DNA of 64,000 nucleotides, from contig CAWHLT010000005.1 in assembly GCA_963830295.1 (NCBI GenBank), forward strand, positions 292,202-356,201, in the 5' to 3' direction. Under the pieces are notes generated by a model. The model was not told the DNA's origin, searched no databases, and was given only the letters and a program-made list of their open reading frames with translations. Shown here piece after piece: positions 1-7,938 of the stretch. The position numbers and the translations under genes were made by a program. Origin of the DNA: an uncultured Acidobacteriaceae bacterium (GTDB taxonomy: Bacteria > Acidobacteriota > Terriglobia > Terriglobales > Acidobacteriaceae). The first letter of the stretch is position 1. Each line of letters begins with the position of its first letter.

Positions 1-2562
1 TGCACCAATCCGCTGTTCGGCCCGTCTCTCGGATACAGCAACAGTGCGGAAGCCAACTGCAACAACCCGAACCTTGATGGAGCAAATGGACGGGCCGACG
101 TCATCGATACGGTTGGGGGCTCGGGAGGAGTGAGCAATTGCACCACCCCCACCGGCTCCAGTCCCTTGAATTGCGCCGGAGGATACAGCAAACCCTCCTG
201 GCAAACCGGAATCGGCGTGCCGCCTGACGGCAAGCGCGACTTGCCCGATGTGTCGCTATTTGCCAGCAATGGCTTTGTGAACTCCGCCTACATCATTTGC
301 CAGTCTGACCAAACTGGCGGCTGCAACTTGCAGTCGGAGGAGTTTCTCCTCTTTGGCGGCACTTCCGTCTCCTCGCCCGCCTTCGCCGGAATCATGGCCC
401 TCGTCAACCAGCAGACCGGATCGCGCCAGGGCAACGCCAACTACGTCTTCTACAAACTGGCAGCCCAAGACACGCTCTCGAGCTGCAACTCCAGCTCCAG
501 CCCCGCCAGCACCTGCATCTTTAATGACGTTACCTATGGGACAAACGCCCTGCCCTGCGTCGCCGGCAGCCCCAACTGCACCACCTCTTCCGGCGACAAG
601 TACGGCATCCTCAACGGCTACAGCGCCGGCACCGGCTACGACCAGGCCACCGGCTTAGGCTCGGTGAATGCAAACAATCTGGTGACGCTGTGGAATTCGG
701 TAACTACGCTGCCCTCGACTACGACGCTGAACAGCCTCACGCCCACAACCATCACACACGGCCAGCCAGTAACTTTCAGCGTCACCGTGAAGCCGCAAAC
801 AGGGGCAGGAACGCCCACTGGTGAAATCTCGCTGCAAGGCGGTTCGGGGGGAACAACTCCAGCCAGCACGGCCGTCAACTTGTCGAATGGCGCGGCCTCA
901 GGGACCACTGATCTTCTGCCCGGCGGAACGTACTCGGTGACAGCCCACTATCCCGGCGACAGCACATATGCCGCCAGCGATTCCACTCCGATCAGCGTGA
1001 CGGTCAACAAAGAGAACAGCCAGCCTCAGGCTTTCCTGATCACATTCGACAGCAGTGGAAGCATCATTAGCAGCAACACCAATACAGCCGTCTATGGCTC
1101 GCCCTACATATTGCGGGTGAACGTGGAAAATTCTGCCGGAGCAATGTGCACGGCAGTCAGCGCCACAGCCGCAACCGCATGCCCCTCCGGCACCGTCACC
1201 ATGACCAACAACGGCTCCGCACTTGATGCTGGGGCCTACACGCTAAACAGCTATGGATACTTTGAGGACCTCACCGTTCAACTCCCCGGCGGAACAGACT
1301 CGGTGAAGGCTACGTATGCGGGCGACACCAGCTTCAACGCCAGCATGGCAACACAAGCGATTACCATAACACCCGCGACCACGACCGCCACCGCGCCGAA
1401 TCTCGGCGGAGATGCGTGGGCCTTGGTTGGCGTTGAAACAAGCGTAGGCACTCTCGTGCAAACCCACAGTACAGGCGCGGCGCCGACTGGCACCGTTACA
1501 TTCTCCAGCAATGGGACCCCGTTGCCCGGCACCGTCTACTATTCCCCCGTCGCGGGTTCTGGCACGGCGACAGCTTACCTCGGTGCGTACCTGTACACTA
1601 CATTCTCCGCGGCGGGCACCCTGATGGTCACCGCTACCTATAGCGGTGACGGGAATTACGGTCCTTCAACCTCCATAGTAGGAAGCATCAAGGTGATATA
1701 TCCGCAGCCCACCCTGACGCTTTCTCCCACTTCTCAGTCAGTTCCGGCCGGAACTAATGTGGCGTTGACCGCATTCGTTGACACCACAAGCAAGGGCGCT
1801 ACGCCAACGGGCACCGTGACCTTTTACAACTCGCTCAACAGCTCGCCGATACAGAGCGTGCCGGTGACTGGAACTACCGATATGAGTGGCAACACAGCCG
1901 CTCAAGCCGTATTGTCGTTCGTTCCGCCAACCTCCGAAACCGTGTACGCTCTCTACAACGGCGATGCGAATTACTTCTCCACGCAGTCGACCTCCTCAGT
2001 GTCCTTCACTGTCACCGGAACCGACTTTGGAATCTTCTCAAACCCGACCAGTGTGACAGTGCTGAAAGGAGGAGGAGGAGGAGTTAACCTAAGTATCGTC
2101 GGCCAGTCCAACTACACCGGTACCATCAACTTCACGCCATCCTCGTGCTCCGGTCTCCCGGCTGAGACCACCTGCAGCTTCTCGCCTGCATCCCTCACGG
2201 GGAGCGGTCCAGTCTCCATAACTATCCAAACCACCCCTTTCCAAGCCCAGAACCGGCCTGGGGGCACTTCCGGCAGCATGGTCGCCCGGGCTGCGGCAGG
2301 CGGACTCATTCTCGGCGGGATATTCCTGTTCGGGGTTCCATCGAAGCAGCGCCGCAAATGCGCACTGGTCGCGCTGGTATTGGTCGCGTTATTGACGATC
2401 CTTCCCAGCTGTGGCGGTGGAGGAGGGGGTGGCGGCGGTGGTGGGGGCGGCGGGAATACCGGCACTCCGACCGGCATCTCCACGATAACCGTGACGGCGA
2501 TGAGCGGTTCCGGCAGCACTGCATTGACACATACAGCAACCTTCCAACTGGTCGTGCAGTAA
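1..2562 (+). CDS. Sedolisin (S53) family serine peptidase, C-terminal part of the catalytic domain, followed by a long array of bacterial Ig-like repeats. The 5-prime end lies outside the window.
   Basis: Frame 1 is open from base 1, upstream of listed ORF 130..2562. GGSGGVS and GGTSVSSPAFAGIMAL match the oxyanion and catalytic-Ser region of S53 peptidases. About 650 aa of Thr/Ser/Gly-rich repeats with Y-x-GD-x-x-Y/F motifs follow, then hydrophobic C-terminal segments. Confidence 0.8.
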   Translation, partial: CTNPLFGPSLGYSNSAEANCNNPNLDGANGRADVIDTVGGSGGVSNCTTPTGSSPLNCAGGYSKPSWQTGIGVPPDGKRDLPDVSLFASNGFVNSAYIICQSDQTGGCNLQSEEFLLFGGTSVSSPAFAGIMALVNQQTGSRQGNANYVFYKLAAQDTLSSCNSSSSPASTCIFNDVTYGTNALPCVAGSPNCTTSSGDKYGILNGYSAGTGYDQATGLGSVNANNLVTLWNSVTTLPSTTTLNSLTPTTITHGQPVTFSVTVKPQTGAGTPTGEISLQGGSGGTTPASTAVNLSNGAASGTTDLLPGGTYSVTAHYPGDSTYAASDSTPISVTVNKENSQPQAFLITFDSSGSIISSNTNTAVYGSPYILRVNVENSAGAMCTAVSATAATACPSGTVTMTNNGSALDAGAYTLNSYGYFEDLTVQLPGGTDSVKATYAGDTSFNASMATQAITITPATTTATAPNLGGDAWALVGVETSVGTLVQTHSTGAAPTGTVTFSSNGTPLPGTVYYSPVAGSGTATAYLGAYLYTTFSAAGTLMVTATYSGDGNYGPSTSIVGSIKVIYPQPTLTLSPTSQSVPAGTNVALTAFVDTTSKGATPTGTVTFYNSLNSSPIQSVPVTGTTDMSGNTAAQAVLSFVPPTSETVYALYNGDANYFSTQSTSSVSFTVTGTDFGIFSNPTSVTVLKGGGGGVNLSIVGQSNYTGTINFTPSSCSGLPAETTCSFSPASLTGSGPVSITIQTTPFQAQNRPGGTSGSMVARAAAGGLILGGIFLFGVPSKQRRKCALVALVLVALLTILPSCGGGGGGGGGGGGGGNTGTPTGISTITVTAMSGSGSTALTHTATFQLVVQ

Positions 2563-2627
2563 AAGGGGCTCGGTCTAGGCGGAGGTTGGCGCACTCTAAA
2601 TCGTCTACGGACGGGTGGCCCGTCCAA

Positions 2628-2654
2628 GCTCCGCTTGGGCGGGGCTTTTGATTT
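2628..2654 (+). terminator. Rho-independent terminator candidate downstream of the S53 gene
   Basis: GCTCCGC-TTGG-GCGGGGC stem-loop (7 bp, one G-U pair) followed by TTTTGATTT, 66 nt after the stop codon. Confidence 0.55.
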
Positions 2655-2872
2655 CCACAGATTTGCACAGGCAACCTATGTGACATCTGACCTTGCGCCT
2701 CACAAAAAATTCATTCATGATTGCCCTGGCAAAGGCGGTACGGATCGCTAGCACGCCGTTGGAGCGCACCCGGCCCGCAACTCCTTTGTTATCTAGATGT
2801 TGACCCGTAAGTCCTTTGTTTGAAGGATTTTGCGGGCCAAAACATGCTTAACTCGATGATTCCAAAGATCGA

Positions 2873-2893
2873 GGGGGGAGGGGGGAGGGGGGG
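2873..2893. repeat. G6-A-G6-A-G7 tract in non-coding DNA
   Basis: Read directly: ggggggaggggggaggggggg, 19 of 21 nt are G. Confidence 0.9.
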
Positions 2894-3116
2894 TACCCTG
2901 TTATAAGAAGGCAAGATTATTCACTTGACAAAGGGTAACGGTAATGGCAATATACTGTCATGGTTGCCGTTACCCATTTCCTTTCTGCGGTTTATCCGGT
3001 AACGCGGGCGTCCCGGAACGCAGCATTCGGCGTAGGTCTCTCTTTATCCCAGCAACCAGCTTCCGTGTTGGCACCCGTTGTAGCGGTGACTTCTTTTCGG
3101 CTTACGAGGTTCTGTC

Positions 3117-4016
3117 ATGACACTCCCTGAGGTTAATACTCTCTACCCTACCGATGATCGCTGCCGTGAACTCTTGGAACGGCTGCGCTGGCCCGAAGGC
3201 GTTATGTGTCCACGCTGCAAGGATACCCACATCTCCCGCCTGAAAGAATACGCCCGGTATGAATGTGCTGCCTGTGAGTACCAGTTCACCGCGACCAGCG
3301 GAACGATATTCCACGATTCCCATCTTCCGTTGCCGATCTGGTTTGTTGCCGTCCTGTTGCTCTGCGAAGCGAAGAAGGGCATGAGCGCGATGCAACTCAA
3401 GCGTACCTTGTGGGGACAGCACAAAGGTTCCTACAAGACTGCATGGTATCTCTGTCACCGAATCCGAGCGGCCATGAAAGAAGTAGATCGGCCTATGCTG
3501 GACGGTACTGTCGAAATGGACGAAACGTATGTGGGCGGAAAGCATGCTGGGCCATGGCTCAAGGCTGCGATGAAGCCAAGGAAGTTGTTATCGGCATTCG
3601 GCAGCGCAATGGTGATCTGCGGTTCTTCCATGCAGCAAGATGCCAAGAGCGGAACACTGGCGAAGTACATCCGAGAGAACGTGAGCACCGATGTGGAAGT
3701 GATTGTGACGGATCGAACTCCCGCCTACCCAAAGCAATGCGGTCTGGCGATGCGGAACACAAGACCGTCAATCACGGCGAAAGAGTACGTCCGTTAGGAA
3801 TGGCGATATTCACACCAACACCGTGGAGTCCGCGTTCTCGCTGCTCAAGCGCGGCATCATGGGAACTGGCACAAGATCAGCGCAAAGCATCTCCCAGCCT
3901 ACCTTGACGAGATGACCTTCCGCTTCAATCGCCGGAAACGCTCCGATTTGTTTATCGACACCTTGCGTCATATGGTTACCGCTGACCCTTTGACTTTCGA
4001 GAAGTTGACGGCTTAG
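3117..4016 (+). pseudogene. IS1595-family (ISXO2-like) transposase, decayed by multiple frameshifts
   Basis: There is an N-terminal zinc ribbon (CPRC..CAAC). DDE_Tnp_IS1595-like segments are readable only by switching frame about six times: ..DETYVGGK / KEVVIGIRQRNGDLRFFH / DAKSGTLAKYIRENVSTDVEVIVTD / AEHKTVNHGE / DIHTNTVESAFSLLKRGIMGT / WHKISAKHLPAYLDEMTFRFNRR. Final stop is at 4014-4016. Confidence 0.85.
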
Positions 4017-4842
4017 GGGGTTGGTTCAGCAACTCCTCGTCAATCAAAGAAAACACCCTTCCCTGTTCAGCGTTCCACCACCTTTTTCGGAATGCGGACT
4101 CCCACCCTTCAATGACTTCTCTTTTCAGCCAGGATGCTTCCGTGGTAGGGAGCATCTGACCTCCGCTAGGCCCCTCCACAATCTTCGATCTCCTAATCGA
4201 CACGACAGTGGTGTACTTGCCGCATGATTCAACGGACTCTTTCGTCATGAAGATTATGTAAGCTGCTAGAACTTCGGCCTGCTCAACAGACATGCCGCGC
4301 CACAGTTTCCCTAAAAATAGTTCGGCAAATGTGCTACCCATCCCTATAGCCTTGCACGGAAAGGCGGGATTGATGACGGTTTTTTCTGTTGTAAAGAATG
4401 CCGTTATGTTATGGCGCTGAACTGCAAACAGCATCTCCACTTCTGGCCGCTTTCGCTCAGGGAGAGGGGAGAATGGGATAATGTGTTCTTTGTAGAAAGT
4501 CTTTATGCATTGCTCAAATTTGTGGTTTAGTGTCTCTGCTTTAGGGAGTGCCTTCGGCATGGCCACAGCTATTTCTGGCATCCCTTGAATGGGAAGTTTT
4601 GGATTTGACAAGAAGACGCCCCCCATTCGCCCAGTCAATGCTTGAACATATCCTGAGTCACCCGCCCCAGCGATAACGCAACTCGAAATACACCGCCCAC
4701 GAAACGTATCGGGTTCTCCTTCTGGACAGTAAAAGCACTGAATCTTTCCCTTCGTCCCCTTCATGTAATCGCCAGTGCTTTCTTGTGAATCAGCGGCGAC
4801 CACTAACCCTTCGTGCGCCATCACTCCTATGGCGATTGTCAT
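3976..4842 (-). CDS. Proteasome-beta / HslV-like (MEROPS T1, Ntn-hydrolase) protein with a C-terminal extension. The 3-prime end overlaps the IS1595 remnant.
   Basis: M-TIAIGVMAHEGLVVAADSQESTGDYMKGTKGK gives Thr1, Asp17 and Lys32/33 spacing. IAGAGDSGY and AIGMGSTFAE..MSVEQAEVLAAYII match later T1 motifs. GAGAGGAAG lies 6 nt upstream of the ATG at 4842. The listed ORF extends to 4902. Confidence 0.6.
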   Translation of the reverse strand: MTIAIGVMAHEGLVVAADSQESTGDYMKGTKGKIQCFYCPEGEPDTFRGRCISSCVIAGAGDSGYVQALTGRMGGVFLSNPKLPIQGMPEIAVAMPKALPKAETLNHKFEQCIKTFYKEHIIPFSPLPERKRPEVEMLFAVQRHNITAFFTTEKTVINPAFPCKAIGMGSTFAELFLGKLWRGMSVEQAEVLAAYIIFMTKESVESCGKYTTVVSIRRSKIVEGPSGGQMLPTTEASWLKREVIEGWESAFRKRWWNAEQGRVFSLIDEELLNQPPKPSTSRKSKGQR

Positions 4843-5023
4843 TTGCTTCCTCTCTGGAAGCCGCTCTTGTATCGGATACGGCTTCGGAAACGGCTTAATC
4901 ATGCGCCGCCTCCGTACCCTTGGTCAAGGGTATAATCGTGTAAGAAGGTAAACACCGTCGGCTGGGTGGACGACCCATTTTGAAACTGGTGTACGATTTA
5001 CTCGCGTCTATCCATCCACCAAA

Positions 5024-6028
5024 ATGAAACTCTCTCAGATCGCCTCTGCCCTCAACGCGCGCCTCGACAATGGCTCTCCCGATACCGAGATCACCGGCCT
5101 AAACGGCATCGAACAAGCCGGCCCCTCGGAAATCACTTTCGTCGCCAACCAAAAATATGCTTCCGCAGCTAAACATACGAAAGCCGCAGCCGTGATCGTC
5201 GCTGAAACATTTCCTGTCATTCCAGCAGCCACGCTGCGCGTTGAAGATGCATATTTAAGCTTCGCGCGCGCTTTGGAACTCTTCCACCAACCGCTGCGCT
5301 ATGCCCCTGGAATTCATCCCACGGCAATCATCGACCCCAACGCAACAATCGGAAAGAATGCCCACATCGGCCCTTACGTAGTCGTCGACGAGAATGTCGA
5401 GATCGGCGACAACGCCGTGCTGTTAGCGCACGTCGTGATCTATCGCGGCGTGAAGATTGGCAACAACTTCTTCGCGCACGCGCACGCTGTGGTCCGCGAG
5501 AACTGCCGCATTGGCAACAACGTCCTCCTGCACAACGGAGTCGTAATCGGCTCCGACGGCTTCGGTTTCGCCAAGACTCTCGACGGACATTGGCACAAGA
5601 TTCCTCAGCCAGCTCCAGTCGTAATCGAAGACGACGTCGAAATCCAGGCCAACTCCTGCATCGATCGCGCCAGCGTAGGCGAAACCCGCATAGGCCGCGG
5701 AGTAAAGATCGACAATCTCGTGCAGGTCGGTCACGGATCGCAAGTCGGCAAAGATGCCCTGCTCTGCTCGCAAGTAGGCCTTGGAGGCTCAACCGAAATC
5801 GGCAATCGAGTGATTCTGACAGGCCAGGTTGGAGTCGTCGGCCACTGCAAGGTTGGCGACAACGCCATAGTCACGCCACAAAGCGGCGTAGCAAACGACA
5901 TCGCCGCTGGTGCGCTGGTCAGCGGTGCTCCCGCAGTCGATCACACATTGTGGCTGAAGTATTCCGCAGTCTTGCCAAGATTGCCGGAAATGGCGCGGGC
6001 GCTAAGAGCCAAGACACCGAAGGAGTAA
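5024..6028 (+). CDS. lpxD: UDP-3-O-acylglucosamine N-acyltransferase
   Basis: N-terminal LpxD-type domain (ITGLNGIEQAGPSEITFVANQKY) followed by a long hexapeptide-repeat left-handed beta-helix. 334 aa. Confidence 0.9.
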   Translation: MKLSQIASALNARLDNGSPDTEITGLNGIEQAGPSEITFVANQKYASAAKHTKAAAVIVAETFPVIPAATLRVEDAYLSFARALELFHQPLRYAPGIHPTAIIDPNATIGKNAHIGPYVVVDENVEIGDNAVLLAHVVIYRGVKIGNNFFAHAHAVVRENCRIGNNVLLHNGVVIGSDGFGFAKTLDGHWHKIPQPAPVVIEDDVEIQANSCIDRASVGETRIGRGVKIDNLVQVGHGSQVGKDALLCSQVGLGGSTEIGNRVILTGQVGVVGHCKVGDNAIVTPQSGVANDIAAGALVSGAPAVDHTLWLKYSAVLPRLPEMARALRAKTPKE

Positions 6029-6042
6029 CAGGGAAAGCTGAA

Positions 6043-7044
6043 TCAGTGAACGTAATTTAAAGCCACGACCGGAGTAATGGTGCGATCTGCGTTGCGCGCG
6101 GGCCCGATCAGCCTTGCTCCAAAGATCACGCCCACGCTGCGGTTCCAGTTGTATTCGATTGCTGGCGCGAAGCCAAACTCCTGGCTCAAACCCGAGTTCA
6201 GTTGCACGGGTTGGTTGGCATCCAGACTGTTGTAACCCGTCACCGCCGTATTGCCCTGATGACGGTAAATAGCATCGAACGCCAGCACCCAACTGCGCGT
6301 CACGCTATATTCCGCCGCCGCGTCGATGAGTAAAGTGCTCCCGGGACTGGCGTGTCCACGGAATCCTTCTGCCGTGCCGTAAACACTGACGTCCCGCACG
6401 TTCACATTGCTCGAAAACGCCTGCGTCAGGTTAAAACGCGCACGCAGAATGCGGCCCTTCGGAAGCCAGAAAAATGTCTGCGAAAAAAGACCGATGGTCG
6501 TGGTGTAGGCTCCCGCCCCGAAGCCGTCGCTCGCTCGACTGCCGAGTTGGTCGTACTTTCCAGTGGGAAACGTCTCCTGCACGTTAATGGAAGTCGTAGG
6601 AATCCAGCGGCCATCGTGAAATTGCGAGAGTCGATATTGAGCTTGCGCGGTGAGGTCGCCAAGCCCAATGCCGGCGCTATTAAGGCCCGCGCTCACGTCG
6701 TTGTAGCCGAACGTGGGAATCAGACCAAACGTGAACTTGTTCGCCAAGCCATAGTTGATGTAGGTTAGCGATCCGAATCCGTTGGAATGCGGAGCGCTGA
6801 CACGAGCGCCGCTTGCATTGTAGAAACCTTGCGTAGTCACATCGTAGACATAAGGCTCGATCAAAATATGTCCGCGCGGCAGGGTCGCAGCCGAAGGCGC
6901 CAGCAGCGGGCCGGTCCACCACGCATCAGCGAGCGACTGACGAGCCGCGTTGGATGGCGCGGGTTGCTGTTGCGCGTGGATATCAGCACCCGCCAAACAC
7001 AAACTTACGATCACCCGCGCTGCACACTTAACAAGTCTCACCAT
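6043..7044 (-). CDS. Putative outer-membrane beta-barrel protein (transporter / MetA-pathway-like family, tentative)
   Basis: Signal peptide MVRLVKCAARVIVSLCLAGADIHA at an internal Met. Alternating beta-strand pattern with Gly/aromatic-rich sequence. The listed ORF 6043..7146 has an implausible N-terminal extension. Confidence 0.5.
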   Translation of the reverse strand: MVRLVKCAARVIVSLCLAGADIHAQQQPAPSNAARQSLADAWWTGPLLAPSAATLPRGHILIEPYVYDVTTQGFYNASGARVSAPHSNGFGSLTYINYGLANKFTFGLIPTFGYNDVSAGLNSAGIGLGDLTAQAQYRLSQFHDGRWIPTTSINVQETFPTGKYDQLGSRASDGFGAGAYTTTIGLFSQTFFWLPKGRILRARFNLTQAFSSNVNVRDVSVYGTAEGFRGHASPGSTLLIDAAAEYSVTRSWVLAFDAIYRHQGNTAVTGYNSLDANQPVQLNSGLSQEFGFAPAIEYNWNRSVGVIFGARLIGPARNADRTITPVVALNYVH

Positions 7045-7199
7045 GGCCTGAGTGTTACGGCATGAATTGGACGAGTGTCCACGCCTGATGTCACGATGAT
7101 CGATCCTACTTCTTGAACATTCAAGTAAGCCAGGGTCACAATACAAGAAGTGGATTTGGAGTCACAATAATACGTTTCAAAGTGACAAAGCTTTCGACT

Positions 7200-7925
7200 T
7201 CAAACTTTCGTGGCTTGCTGCGTTCGGCAGTCTTCCGGCAGCCCGCTCTCGATCGCCGCTCTCACTTTTTCCATCAAACATTCGCGACTGCCGAAATCTT
7301 TCGGCTCAATCGGCGGATGAAAAATCACCGTTGCCCTTCCCGGCTTGATGGCGAACCGTCCCTTCGGCATCAAGTAATGCGTGCCCGTGATCGTCACCGG
7401 AACCACTGGAACTCCGCATTCCATCGCCAGATAAAACGGTCCCTTCTTGAACGGAATCAGCTTGCCGTCGAATGAACGATGGCCTTCCACATAAATGGCC
7501 ATGTTGACGCCCTGCTCGATGACCTGCTTTGCGATCTTCACCGATTCAATCCCCGCATCGCGATTGCCGCGATCGACCGGCACCAGCGACCCCATCCGCA
7601 TCGCGCGCCCCAGAATCGGAAAGCTGAACAACTCCTTCTTCACCATCACCGAAGAGCGCCGCGGTATCAGGGGAATCGTAATCGGGGGATCCAGATTCGA
7701 CACATGGTTCGACATGAAGATGTAAGTGCGCGCCGGATCGAGCTTGTCGAGCCCAACGGCCTGCACGCGCAATCCAATCAACCGCACGCCGTTGAACGCG
7801 CCAAACATGAACATGCGATAGAGCAGGCGAACATCACCGGTGATGAACGTCCAGGGAAATCCGATCAGCGCCGCCACCGGCGCAGCCAGTCCCCAGAAAG
7901 TCAGCATCACGAGTGTCCGGATCAT
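7200..7925 (-). CDS. plsC: 1-acyl-sn-glycerol-3-phosphate acyltransferase
   Basis: NHVSNLDP (H-x4-D) and YVEGHRS acyltransferase motifs, with an N-terminal TM segment. Confidence 0.8.
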   Translation of the reverse strand: MIRTLVMLTFWGLAAPVAALIGFPWTFITGDVRLLYRMFMFGAFNGVRLIGLRVQAVGLDKLDPARTYIFMSNHVSNLDPPITIPLIPRRSSVMVKKELFSFPILGRAMRMGSLVPVDRGNRDAGIESVKIAKQVIEQGVNMAIYVEGHRSFDGKLIPFKKGPFYLAMECGVPVVPVTITGTHYLMPKGRFAIKPGRATVIFHPPIEPKDFGSRECLMEKVRAAIESGLPEDCRTQQATKV

Positions 7926-7938
7926 CTTGAAATGTTCC

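Noticed and set aside
3117-4016. Programmed ribosomal frameshift in the IS1595 transposase
   Set aside because: Six frame changes in both directions plus a premature stop cannot be programmed. The family is not known to me to use frameshifting.
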